A stretch of DNA of 63,862 bases, filler included, from Octopus bimaculoides (GCF_001194135.2; 5 parts of 4 records of this genome joined end to end with filler, not necessarily neighbours in it); one strand, 5' to 3'. Shown: positions 49,868-62,610, counted from the whole stretch's first letter. Numbers and translations are program-made. Notes: generated by a model from the letters alone, not told the origin.

Positions 49868-51408
49868 CACACACAGGTATGTTGATGCAAACAGGACAAA
49901 TAAAACTCAAAATATATCTATATATTTATTACTATTTAACGGAAGTAACAGTGACTGAAGGTTCTAGAGTTTCGTACGATGTTATAAGTATATGTATATC
50001 ATAGCTGTTGGACCCGGCGTTGCTCGTGTTTTTCTTGTTGAAGTTAAGCCCACCTCTCACCTTGTGTTGAAATCTTCTACGTTCACGGTACCAACTATTA
50101 CCCATTAAGATGTTATATCTGGTTCGGCAGGGATTTTACCCGGTTAATGCTTTGCACATACTCCTACATACTGACACACATACATTGATACATACGTAGA
50201 TACACACAGAAACACACGCACGCACACATACACACAGACACACACATACACACAGACACACACATGCACACATACACACACACATACACACAGATGCACA
50301 CCTCGCATATATATATTTGACGGGCTTCATTCAGTTTCCACGTATCAAATCCATTCACAAGGCTCTCGTCGTCCCGCGTCTATAGCAGGAGACACTCAAG
50401 TTGTCACAGACTCGTGGTTGCGAGGCAAACCTCTCATCACACAGCGTCGCCTGCGCGTACACACACACGCGCACACGCACACACACACACACACACGCAC
50501 ACATATACACACACACAAACACACATACACAGTTATATACGTGCAAGACTGACAGTTACAGGCACAGACACACACAGATATATACACACATATACACTAT
50601 GTAACATGTATATATGTCTTCGAAAATATGTCTAAAATATATCTTTTGGTCAGTGCTAACCTGGAACATGACAACAACAACAACAACAAAAACAACAACA
50701 ACAACAAACCCAACAAGAAACGAAGACGTCAGCAGCACGTGTGACCGGAAACCGTGTATTATTGGAGAGGCGTGTGCAGCGACGTCTGCAGGCGGAAGCT
50801 GTTTGTTGTTGTAGGTTCAAGATGTCACCTCAATGGTAACATTTTGTAGAATTTCGATTATTTCCAAATAAATTCTCTATCGTTTGCATTGAGGAATCGA
50901 GATACAATGCGGCAAGAAGTGTTGAAGTGCGCTTGGGCGTGTGCCTTGCGCATGTATGTATGTATGCGAGCAGTGTTTTATGTATGCATGCATGCGCGTG
51001 CTTTTGAATATATATATATAAATATATGAGTGTGTGTGCATGTGTGTGTGTGGGGGTTTGCTTGTGTGTATGCGAGTGTATCAGTGCATGCATTCTGCAT
51101 GGCTGAATGATTTGTTATGCGTATTTGTACATTTATATGCACTCGTACATACTCATGTCTCTCTCACCCGTAATATATACATACATATATACAGACATAT
51201 ATACATACATATATACAGACATATATACAGACATATATACAGACATATATACATATATACATACATATCTATATATACATACGTATATATATATATATGT
51301 ATGTGTGTNNNNNNNNNNNNNNNNNNNNNNNNNNNNNNNNNNNNNNNNNNNNTTAATTAATTAANNNNNNNNNNNNNNNNNNNNNNNNNNNNNNNNNNNN
51401 NNNNNNNN

Positions 51409-51441
<33 letters not shown>

Positions 51442-51681
51442 GAGAGAGAGAGAGATAGGCAGACAGACAGATAGATAGATAGATATAATTTAATATAGAC
51501 AGCAGTGTGCAATGTTTTGCCAAAAAAGAAAACTATAATTGTTACTAAATGCGGCTAGATTGCTAGAATACCTACATTGCTAGAAATAAGAGCTAAAAAG
51601 CTCTAATGCTGAAGCTAAAGCACATGATTGTATACATATGTACTGAGAGGGACCGTTATTGCCCGAAAGCATCGGACGAGA

Positions 51682-51735
51682 ATCCCTTATAGTGATGGTC
51701 AGTTTCGGCTAATCCCATAGCCTCATCAGTAGGGA
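51682..51735 (-). ncRNA. Type I hammerhead ribozyme motif with intact catalytic core
   Basis: Minus strand: GUCCCUA CUGAUGA GGCUA-UGGGAU-UAGCC GAAA C UGA-CCA-UCA C U A | UAAGGGAU. Stem II has 5 bp, stem III has one C.C mismatch, and stem I pairs with one bulge. Confidence 0.75.
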
Positions 51736-51976
51736 CCGCTCGACTCAGCTTTTTCCGGACTTGCTTCTCTGTCAGTACAATATATTTACCATAAAAATCT
51801 ATGAATGATTTAGCGAATCGCTGATGTGAATACAATAATTTAATATAGACAGCTGTGTACAATGTTTTACCAAAAAGGAAAACTATAAGTCATTGTGTGG
51901 TAAGAAGTTTACTTCCCAACACATTCTTCCGGGTTCTGTACCACTGAATGGCACTTTGAGCAGGTGCCTTCAACTA

Positions 51977-52102
51977 CAGGGTGTCTACAAAGTTGGGTAC
52001 ATGGGGATTAACACATACTTTAAGAAATTATTATTTCTTATATTTAATTGTTTATGTTATGACTTTATTTACTCCATATACCCAGACCTTGTGGACACCC
52101 TG
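51977..52102. mobile_element. 126-bp Tc1/mariner-type MITE inserted in a SINE
   Basis: TIRs CAGGGTGTCTACAAAG and CTTGTGGACACCCTG, with TA on both sides. It interrupts a SINE family 2 copy. Confidence 0.75.
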
Positions 52103-52167
52103 TATAACCCTGAACCGACCAAAGACTTGTGAGTGGAAAGTAAAAAAGCCCGTTGTATATAAATATA

Positions 52168-52680
52168 CGTGGGAGAGTCAAAAATTATACGTACTCTTGT
52201 TTTCTCAATGTATTTACCCAAAAGCAGGGGATAAACAAGTACGTCATTTTTCTATATAGTCTCCTTCGTTTTCGATGAACTCGGTCCAACGGTCCACAAG
52301 TTGGTGCATTCCCTCCAAGAAGAAGGTTTTCGGTTGGTCGTGCAACCATTTATGCACCGCTTCCTTCACATCATCCGTAGGAAATCGACGACCTCGTAAA
52401 CCATTTTTGAGTGGTCCAAAGTTATAGTCGGAAGGGACGAAAACTGGTCTGTAGTCAGGGTGTTCCAGCACCTCAAAACCCAATTAGCTTATGGTTTCAA
52501 CGGTTTGGATGGCCGTGTGTGGGCGTGTACTGTCATGCAACAGCAACACCTTCTTCGGTGTTTGGTGTGAATTGCTGGTTTCAGTTTTTTGGCCAGCAAA
52601 GCACTGTATCTTGTACTGTCGATCGTACACCCTTTTTTCCAGAGAAATCGGATCACTGCTCTTTGTTCTTCTTTGGTTCA
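52168..52680 (-). mobile_element. Mariner transposase 3' fragment (irritans/Hsmar2-like) with one terminus
   Basis: LLLHDSTRPHTA.. / GFEVLEHPDYRPVFVPSDYNFGPLKNGLRGRRF..DVKEAVHKWL...GDYIEK across a frameshift. Terminus TA|CGTGGGAGAGTCAAAAATTATACG at 52166-52191. Confidence 0.85.
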
Positions 52681-53705
52681 CATTGCTGGTGGAGCGGCCG
52701 CCTTTAGTCGAACAAATCGACCCCAGGACTCATTCTTTGTGAGCCTAGTACTTATTCTATTGTTCTTTTGCCGAACCGCTAAGTTACGGGGATGCAAACA
52801 CATCAGCATCGGTTGTCAAGCGATGATAGTGGTGGGGCGGACAAACACAGACACATAAATACATGCATACATATATATGCCCGAAACTGTAAAGGTAATT
52901 TGGTAACTTGACTGATGAGAGAAGGTTGCAAATGACCTGTCTTTGTTTTTTTTTTTTTTGTTTTCTTTTTGTCCGTCTTTTTATTTTTTCCTGTCCGGAT
53001 GTTTTATTGTTGTCTGTTGCGTTCTTGTTCCATTTTGGGATTTATATATATATATATATNNNNNNNNNNNNNNNNNNNNNNNNNNNNNNNNNNNNNNNNN
53101 NNNNNNNNNNNNNNNNNNNNNNNNNNNNNNNNNNNNNNNNNNNNNNNNNNNNNNNNNNNNNNNNNNNNNNNNNNNNNNNNNNNNNNNNNCCGTCTACCAA
53201 TTCCACACACAAGGTTTGGTCGGCCCGAGGTTATAATAGATGTTTGCCCAAAGTGCCTCGGACTGAACCCGGAACCATGTGGTTGGGAAGCAAGCTTCTT
53301 ACCACACAGCCACTCCTGCGCCTATATAAGATAGATAAAAAAAGTTTAAAATAATTGTCATTACATATTATTCCTTTATTGGAACAAATTTGGCTTACAG
53401 TTGTTTCCAGTATTCATTATAGGTTCATTTAGGTTTACTCAATCGGTCTATTGATGAATTGAGGAAAATTGAACGACCTAAGAAAATTAATACTACATTC
53501 ATCAGAGCCATTTCTGGTAAGAACAAGCAGATCACTGAAGGAATGGTTATAGCATGGGGGAGGGAGGAGAAGATGGAAAAGTGCAAGTAGAATAGGGAAC
53601 AGAGGAAGGCAGGTTAAAAAGGGGTGAAGAAGGGTCACTTAATAGAAGCAGAGTTATTGTATACAAGATGATAGATAGATAGGCAGACAGACAGACAGAC
53701 AAATG

Positions 53706-53761
<56 letters not shown>

Positions 53762-54519
53762 TTACAGGCTTCCACTAAAAGTTTCCGACTACCAAATTTA
53801 CTCACAAGGCATTGGTCGGCCTGGGGATGTAGTAGAAGACACATGCCTACAGTGCCACGCAATGGGATTGAACCTGGAATCACGTGGTTGTAAAGCGATC
53901 TTCTTAACCACACACGCCCCTGCATCGTCTTTTTTTCCATCATGACTGTTATTTTCTTTTTCTTTCACTCTTTCTTTTTTTTTTCTGTTTTAATTTAGTT
54001 ATTTTTTTTTTTTAATTCTTTTTCTCTCGTATTCAAGATGTTGATGTTTTGAATTGCTAAGATTGTCTACATCTCTGTCTTTCTACATAACGTACGAGAG
54101 AGTTATTGCAGATGTTTCTACTTTGCTTTGAAGATGATTCATCCGTGACATTGGAGAACAACTTAGTCGAGTTCTTTCTCTTATTTTCTGAAAAAAAATA
54201 CCACCGTCCACATTCTAACTTGTTTTGACATTGTTAAACAGTATGAAGTGAGAAAACCAGAAAAGCTTTACAGCTGCAAAGCGGCGTTGTGTGGATAAAA
54301 GTTATTTTTCTTCCTTGACAAAGAGTATAAATTTAAAATATACAAATGTGTACCATGCTTTCAAATTTATGACCTTGTATCTATGAAAATCTTAGGCACA
54401 TGTTTATAAATTCGCATTGTCAGATATGATAGATGGAACAAGCCTTAGACAAATCTGGTACTTGATTCATTGATGTCAGAAGAAAACTCGAAGTCGGCTT
54501 AACTTGAACCCAAACATAT

Positions 54520-54900
54520 CTCTTTTAATCTCTTTTACTTGTTCCAGTTATTAAACTGTGGCCATGCTGCAGCACTGCCTTTAATTTTTAGTCGAATGAA
54601 TCGATCCCAGCATTTTATTTATTATGTGTTTTTTAAAAAGACTTGTACGTATTATGTCGGTCTCTTTTGCCGAACCGCTAGAATACGGGGATGTAAACAC
54701 ACAAAAAAAACCGGTTGTCAATCGGTTGTGAGGGACAGACACAAACACGCACACACACACATACATATAAATGACAGGCTTCTTTTAGTTTCCGTCTACC
54801 AAATCCACTCACAAGGCTTTGCTTTGCCAAGGCGCCATGTAGTGGGACTGAACCCATGAGGTTAGGAAGCAAACTTCTTACCACACAGCCACCTCTGCGC
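54520..54900 (-). mobile_element. SINE family 2 (tRNA head, CORE-like block, internal microsatellite, 3' domain)
   Basis: Head GGCTGTGTGGTAAGAAG..GGTTCAGTCCC, ACAAGGCTT/CCGTCTACCAAATCCAC block, internal (CA)n, and 3' domain CTCTTTTGCCGAACCGCTA. Related pieces at 30085-30410, 33045-33240, 51889-52160, 52681-53325 and 53765-53915. Confidence 0.75.
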
Positions 54901-54939
54901 TTGTATGAGAAACAAAAATGAATAAAGTTCACTTTTAAT

Positions 54940-55358
54940 TGGTTTCAAATTTTGGCACAAGGCCAGCAATTTCGTTGGAGTGAGTAGGCTGATTACACCG
55001 ACTCCAGTGCCCAACTGGTACTTAATTTATCGACCCCGAAAGGATGAAAGACAAAGTCGACCACGATAGTATTAAAACTCAGAACGTAAAGACGGACTAT
55101 GTGCCGCTAAGTATTTTTTTCGGCGCACTAAAGATCCTGCTAACTCATCGCCTTAACGGTTTCAAATTTTGGCGCAGTGCTAGCAATTTTTGATGGGAAG
55201 AGGTTAGTCGATTACATCGACCCCAGTACTTGACTGGTACTTATTCTGTCGACTCCGAAAGGATGAAAAGCAAAATCGACCTCGGCGGAATTTGAACTCA
55301 GAATGTAAAGACAGACGAAATACCGCTAAGCATTTCGTTTCTGCCAGCTCACCGCCTT
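54940..55358 (-). mobile_element. Two tandem SINE family 1 copies
   Basis: Reverse-complement units at about 54940-55154 and 55158-55358. Confidence 0.85.
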
Positions 55359-55962
55359 TTTTTTTTTTAATTAAAAATTAATGTCTATAGTTTTAGTCAG
55401 GGTAGGTAATGTGTACCTAGTCTATCTAGACGACATCCTTGGTATGTTCGTTTTAATGTTTTAGCTTTTACTTGTTTTGGTCATTGGAATGCGGCCATGC
55501 TGGGGCCTTGAAGGATTTTAGTCAAACAAATCTAAGCCGGTGCTCATTTTATTATTATTATTATTTTCTTTTTTTTTTTGTCTGCTGCGATCTATTCTTT
55601 CGGTTTCTTTTGCTGATTTTCTAAGCTACTGAACATCGATTGTAAAGCTGCGGAGGCAGGGAAAACAACACATACATACGTACACATATATAGATCGATA
55701 GGTAGATAGATAGATAAATAGAGAGGGAGAGAGTGGGGAGGGTGACGAGAATAACGAGTTTGCACAGTCTCTGTCTAACAAATCCACTTGCAATGCATTG
55801 GTCGGCTCAAAAGTAGCAGAGAATCACCAACGAATGGAGGCTGTAGCGACGCACGGTTATAGCGCATGCTGCCATTCAGCAACAACAACAACGACAACCA
55901 CTACTACTACTACTACCACCACCACCACCACCACCACTACTACTACTACTACCACCACCAAC

Positions 55963-56018
<56 letters not shown>

Positions 56019-56038
56019 CACAAACACCACCACCACTG

Positions 56039-56086
<48 letters not shown>

Positions 56087-58276
56087 TTGCTTTTGTGAAA
56101 CTAGCTTCTCAACATCACCTGCTGGCTAATTGATTTCCTCGACTGAACACAATTGTTATTCTCCATCACAAACAATTACGGTTGTTTTGAAATGCTCACG
56201 TGTTATTGAGTTCTTCACAAGGAATACTCTTCTAGCATTCTTTCATACGAGTGATTATAACCTCCACGTTTCTAATCTCTTGTATTTTTATCCTCCGTAT
56301 TATCCCTTTTCTCGGATTTCCTAATAAATGCTTCAGCCACACTACTTTTTGTAGGTTGATAGAACCGGAATTACAAATTTCAGACGGTTGCTTATGATAA
56401 GAGATGTTAATTCCATAAAGTCTGCACAGGTTCTCGCATCTAAGTGGTAAACCAATCTCTTTTGTGCATCAAGTGTTTAGTTATTTTGGGCCTCAAACGT
56501 GTCCTGGTATTTAAGTTACCAAAGTTCGACGTGCAGCTGTCTGGTACATCAAGTTCAGTGTTCATTACTCTTTTGAACAGGTTAACGAGGGCTGCTTGTG
56601 AGCATTCTGTGCCAGTAACCGACTACCAGGTCTCTCTCAGGTGAGCTTCTGTGCAGTAGTTTTGTTATAACCGCCAGGAGAGTTTCATTGTTGAAATTAT
56701 AAGTTTTAGAAAATGCTTTTACATGGCATTCAGTCCGTACTTCATTTAACCACATTACATCACGGTGGTGTTGGTTGTTTACACTCCGGATCCCTCCCTA
56801 TAATGACTCTATCTTACTCGTGCGAGAAGCTTTTACGACCTTGGTGGTTTGGCTTTGGGTTTAGTGCAAACTTGCGATTTAATGTTCTACGTACTAATAG
56901 TTTCTTACGACAATGAAGTTTTTTCCTTACCGCTCGCAGTTAATGTTTAACCCTTTAGCATTTAAACAAGCCATATCTAGACAAAATATTCTTTTCTACT
57001 CTAGGCACAAGGCCCGAAAGTTTTTGGGACGAGGTCAGTCGATTAGATCAACCCCAGTACACAACTGAGCGAAAACACCTAAAAGTTCCACGAGGCTCCG
57101 ACAGGGAATGGTGACGACCCCTGTTGTACACTTTCACCCCAACTTTCTCTCACTCTTTCTTCCTGTTTCTTGAGTAACGCTGCGATGGACTGGCGTCCAG
57201 TTCAGCTGGGGAGGGGGGGGGAACACATGCTATAGAAACCGGGAAACCGGGCCCATGAGCCTGGCTAAGCGTTAAAAGGGCGCATATATATANNNNNNNN
57301 NNNNNNNNNNNNNNNNNNNNNNNNNNNNNNNNNNNNNNNNNNNNNNNNNNNNNNNNNNNNNNNNNNNNNNNNNNNNNNNNNNNNNNNNNNNNNNNNNNNN
57401 NNNNNNNNNNNNNNNNNNNNNNNNNNNNNNNNNNNNNNNNNNNNNNNNNNNNNNNNNNNNNNNNNNNNNNNNNNNNNNNNNNNNNNNNNNNNNNNNNNNN
57501 NNNNNNNNNNNNNNNNNNNNNNNNNNNNNNNNNNNNNNNNNNNNNNNNNNNNNNNNNNNNNNNNNNNNNNNNNNNNNNNNNNNNNNNNNNNNNNNNNNNN
57601 NNNNNNNNNNNNNNNNNNNNNNNNNNNNNNNNNNNNNNNNNNNNNNNNNNNNNNNNNNNNNNNNNNNNNNNNNNNNNNNNNNNNNNNNNNNNNNNNNNNN
57701 NNNNNNNNNNNNNNNNNNNNNNNNNNNNNNNNNNNNNNNNNNNNNNNNNNNNNNNNNNNNNNNNNNNNNNNNNNNNNNNNNNNNNNNNNNNNNNNNNNNN
57801 NNNNNNNNNNNNNNNNNNNNNNNNNNNNNNNNNNNNNNNNNNNNNNNNNNNNNNNNNNNNNNNNNNNNNNNNNNNNNNNNNNNNNNNNNNNNNNNNNNNN
57901 NNNNNNNNNNNNNNNNNNNNNNNNNNNNNNNNNNNNNNNNNNNNNNNNNNNNNNNNNNNNNNNNNNNNNNNNNNNNNNNNNNNNNNNNNNNNNNNNNNNN
58001 NNNNNNNNNNNNNNNNNNNNNNNNNNNNNNNNNNNNNNNNNNNNNNNNNNNNNNNNNNNNNNNNNNNNNNNNNNNNNNNNNNNNNNNNNNNNNNNNNNNN
58101 NNNNNNNNNNNNNNNNNNNNNNNNNNNNNNNNNNNNNNNNNNNNNNNNNNNNNNNNNNNNNNNNNNNNNNNNNNNNNNNNNNNNNNNNNNNNNNNNNNNN
58201 NNNNNNNNNNNNNNNNNNNNNNNNNNNNNNNNNNNNNNNNNNNNNNNNNNNNNNNNNNNNNNNNNNNNNNNNNNNN

Positions 58277-58334
<58 letters not shown>

Positions 58335-59989
58335 ACTCACAGATAGAGAGTTAGAATGATGCAATTCAACATAAATATCGTCTATCTGGATGTTTTGTTG
58401 TCCCATTTTTGTATCACCTCACTGCCCGGATGTTTTGCGCTCTTGTCCCATCTTGTATTTATATATACACACATATATATATATATATATATATAGGTTA
58501 AAAAAACTACAAAAAAGCAACAAAAAACAACAANNNNNNNNNNNNNNNNNNNNNNNNNNNNNNNNNNNNNNNNNNNNNNNNNNNNNNNNNNNNNNNNNNN
58601 NNNNNNNNNNNNNNNNNNNNNNNNNNNNNNNNNNNNNNNNNNNNNNNNNNNNNNNNNNNNNNNNNNNNNNNNNNNNNNNNNNNNNNNNNNNNNNNNNNNN
58701 NNNNNNNNNNNNNNNNNNNNNNNNNNNNNNNNNNNNNNNNNNNNNNNNNNNNNNNNNNNNNNNNNNNNNNNNNNNNNNNNNNNNNNNNNNNNNNNNNNNN
58801 NNNNNNNNNNNNNNNNNNNNNNNNNNNNNNNNNNNNNNNNNNNNNNNNNNNNNNNNNNNNNNNNNNNNNNNNNNNNNNNNNNNNNNNNNNNNNNNNNNNN
58901 NNNNNNNNNNNNNNNNNNNNNNNNNNNNNNNNNNNNNNNNNNNNNNNNNNNNNNNNNNNNNNNNNNNNNNNNNNNNNNNNNNNNNNNNNNNNNNNNNNNN
59001 NNNNNNNNNNNNNNNNNNNNNNNNNNNNNNNNNNNNNNNNNNNNNNNNNNNNNNNNNNNNNNNNNNNNNNNNNNNNNNNNNNNNNNNNNNNNNNNNNNNN
59101 NNNNNNNNNNNNNNNNNNNNNNNNNNNNNNNNNNNNNNNNNNNNNNNNNNNNNNNNNNNNNNNNNNNNNNNNNNNNNNNNNNNNNNNNNNNNNNNNNNNN
59201 NNNNNNNNNNNNNNNNNNNNNNNNNNNNNNNNNNNNNNNNNNNNNNNNNNNNNNNNNNNNNNNNNNNNNNNNNNNNNNNNNNNNNNNNNNNNNNNNNNNN
59301 NNNNNNNNNNNNNNNNNNNNNNNNNNNNNNNNNNNNNNNNNNNNNNNNNNNNNNNNNNNNNNNNNNNNNNNNNNNNNNNNNNNNNNNNNNNNNNNNNNNN
59401 NNNNNNNNNNNNNNNNNNNNNNNNNNNNNNNNNNNNNNNNNNNNNNNGTGCGCATGCGTAGTCTCACGCATGCGTGGAATTAAACAACCAAGCGTTCCCG
59501 CTTCTATTCTATCTCTTTCTCGGTCGGCCGGCCGGCCATGAGCATGGACGTGTCAAGCAGTGTCTCCAACATTCCAACTCTGGAGACAGTCTCTTTACGT
59601 GTTTAGCTGTCTCTCTTCATCTTTCGAACTTACGCTCGACAGCTCGCTTACATCTACATACCAAACGTCCAAACAACAATGCTCACACACACAGAAGCTG
59701 TAACAACAAACAAGAGCTAAAGATGTATATATTTACCACCTGAATAAATGTTGTTTAAGTTGATAGTCCGGAGTTCAGCGTTCCGTTATATTCATAATTT
59801 TATATAGGAAAGTCAGGTATACATCTAATGAGGTATAACCAACTTTCCTATAATCTCACAGCTTCGAGATTTCGATGTCATGATTGTTTATTTTAGTAAT
59901 GATACTACTGTATTGCAGATGTAAGAGACCGGATGTGGCCTGTTTCACCATAAAACAAGCAGAGAATATTTTGGCAATGTATAGCTGGC

Positions 59990-60216
59990 TTAACCCTTTA
60001 GAATTCAGATAACTCTGTCAAATGTAATGTTTATTAATCCATATTGTCTTGAATTAATCAGGCATTATCTCGTAGCTTCGAGATTTCGATGACGTGATTG
60101 TTTATTTTTTATAATAATATTGTACTGTCGATGTGACGTACCGGATCTGGTTTGTTTGAGCATTAAACAGGGAGAATATTTGACCCATATACGACCAGTT
60201 TAAATGCTGAATGTTT
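59990..60216. mobile_element. Probable piggyBac-type non-autonomous element (partial tandem copy at about 59845-59985)
   Basis: Starts TTAA|CCCTTTAG. The right end GTTTAAATGCTG.. resembles the reverse complement of TTAACCCTTTAGCATTTAAAC at 56947-56967. The internal block GCTTCGAGATTTCGATG..GATTGTTTATTTT is duplicated about 200 bp upstream. Confidence 0.45.
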
Positions 60217-60653
60217 CAGTCATAATCCCCAGATTTGCGAATATGTTGAATGTATGTTAATGCGTGCACATAGATGTAGATATATGTGTGTACTCACGTA
60301 ATGTATGAACATGCTGTTCTGTAAATGCGTTTGTGTGTGATTGCTTTTTATGCAACAAGTGAACGGAAACTGTACACGAATTAAGCCTCTTCCAACACAA
60401 CTGGGATCTTCAAAGCGAGGTAACTCCGTCTCTCCGAGGAGGAGTTTACGCACCGAAAAATATTTCCTTTCAAGTGACTTCCCCCCCCCCCCACCACCAC
60501 CNNNNNNNNNNNNNNNNNNNNNNNNACCACCGCCATTAATCTGACCAAGACTATATTTTTACTTCCATTAGTAAAGATGTTATGTACCTCAGGCCAGCAA
60601 TGTACATGATAACACTTCTAATTAGCTTAGATCAGAAACCATGAGTGCTACTA

Positions 60654-60804
60654 CCTGGTACTGCATCAGGACATTCAGAAGCCATGTGAGCCAGTGCCTG
60701 GTACTGCATCAGGGCATTCAGAAGCCATGTGAGCCAGTGCCTGGTACTGCATCAGGACATTCAGAAGCCATGTGAGCCAGTGCCTGGTACTGCATCAGGG
60801 CATT
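60654..60804. repeat. 43-bp tandem repeat, about 3.5 copies
   Basis: CCTGGTACTGCATCAGG(A/G)CATTCAGAAGCCATGTGAGCCAGTG starts at 60654, 60697, 60740 and 60783, then runs into (ATT)n. Confidence 0.9.
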
Positions 60805-60812
60805 TATTATTA

Positions 60813-60873
<61 letters not shown>

Positions 60874-61081
60874 CAATATTTTAATGTATGCCATCAAAAT
60901 GACACTGGGGTATAATATACAAAGCCCAATATACCCATCATGAGTACCCGTCTGATAAGGGTACACCAGGCACATGCATCACAACCATATGTGCGCGACA
61001 TGGTGATCTCATATCAAGATAAACAGCGCATGACTTCGCAGGTGGGGCCCAGTTAGAATTTTCTTCTGGTCGAGTAGCCCA

Positions 61082-61138
<57 letters not shown>

Positions 61139-62568
61139 CATTATTATTTCGCTTAGACATGGCGACACTGATAATTTGGTGTTTCAACTCAATATACGTA
61201 TGCTTCAGAAAAAAGTGTCCGTTGAGTCGAGAGCATTAGTAAGAGATTAAATCAAAGACAAAGGAATCAGAAANNNNNNNNNNNNNNNNNNNNNNNNNNN
61301 NNNNNNNNNNNNNNNNNNNNNNNNNNNNNNNNNNNNNNNNNNNNNNNNNNNNNNNNNNNNNNNNNNNNNNNNNNNNNNNNNNNNNNNNNNNNNNNNNNNN
61401 NNNNNNNNNNNNNNNNNNNNNNNNNNNNNNNNNNNNNNNNNNNNNNNNNNNNNNNNNNNNNNNNNNNNNNNNNNNNNNNNNNNNNNNNNNNNNNNNNNNN
61501 NNNNNNNNNNNNNNNNNNNNNNNNNNNNNNNNNNNNNNNNNNNNNNNNNNNNNNNNNNNNNNNNNNNNNNNNNNNNNNNNNNNNNNNNNNNNNNNNNNNN
61601 NNNNNNNNNNNNNNNNNNNNNNNNNNNNNNNNNNNNNNNNNNNNNNNNNNNNNNNNNNNNNNNNNNNNNNNNNNNNNNNNNNNNNNNNNNNNNNNNNNNN
61701 NNNNNNNNNNNNNNNNNNNNNNNNNNNNNNNNNNNNNNNNNNNNNNNNNNNNNNNNNNNNNNNNNNNNNNNNNNNNNNNNNNNNNNNNNNNNNNNNNNNN
61801 NNNNNNNNNNCCTTATATAAGGTACACGAGTTTCAGTAAGCAGATTTCCATTATTACATAATCTGGATAGCCTGTGACGCAACACAATAAATTCGTTTAC
61901 TTCCTCGGTATTATTCCTATTATTACCATTTTACTATTTTATTAACATTTTTATTATCTTTTTTGTTAGTTCTTACTGTTAATACTACATTGTTTGGACT
62001 CCGTTTCTTCCTCCCCCCTTCGTGTTACCGTATGTATACATGTTGGTATATGCGAGTGCATGTGAGTGCGTGCGTCCACTGGAGCGTATATGGGCGTAGG
62101 CGTGGCCTTGATACTCTTTCATCTCCACCCTATCACTCTGCTTTCACAAATTCTTACCCTCTTGTTTCCTACATTCTATTTTACTGCAATAACCAGATGG
62201 TACTTAATGTGCATACCGATGCATATAACGGCTTGTACATTTCTTTATATTGTATTATCACTGAAAATAATAAGGAAGTATTTTGTTTCGTAATAGGGTC
62301 AATCGGCTTTAAAATGGCAATCGCCTTAATGAAACATGTATACATTACATAAAACATAAAATACCGGTTACTTTTTCTGTGTTCACTTGTTTCTATGTGG
62401 CGACTCGGATTCTGCATACAAGATTTTGTAGTTATGGTGGTTGTTATCTAACCGCGTAGTGCACGAATAGAATGTGGAACACTTCTATTATACCCATCCT
62501 ATGTGAGGTGTGTGTGTTTGCGTACATTTTAACACACATACACAAAGAGTGCAGTGAACTAACCATGG

Positions 62569-62610
62569 AAATTTCAACGTTTCAGACAAGGTCCTTCTTC
62601 AGAAAAAGTT
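62569..62610 (-). ncRNA. Minimal type I hammerhead motif with intact core
   Basis: Minus strand: AACUUUUU CUGAAGA A GGAC-CUU-GUCU GAAAC GU U | GAAAUUU. It has an extra A after A9, a loopless AACGUU stem III and a partly eroded stem I. Confidence 0.55.

Noticed and set aside
56130-56900. Possible very old LINE remnant (NLCRLYGI on the minus strand)
   Set aside because: Only one short motif is recognisable, too little to call.
60654-60804. 43-bp repeats as a CRISPR-like array
   Set aside because: The units are contiguous with no unique spacers, and the context is eukaryotic.
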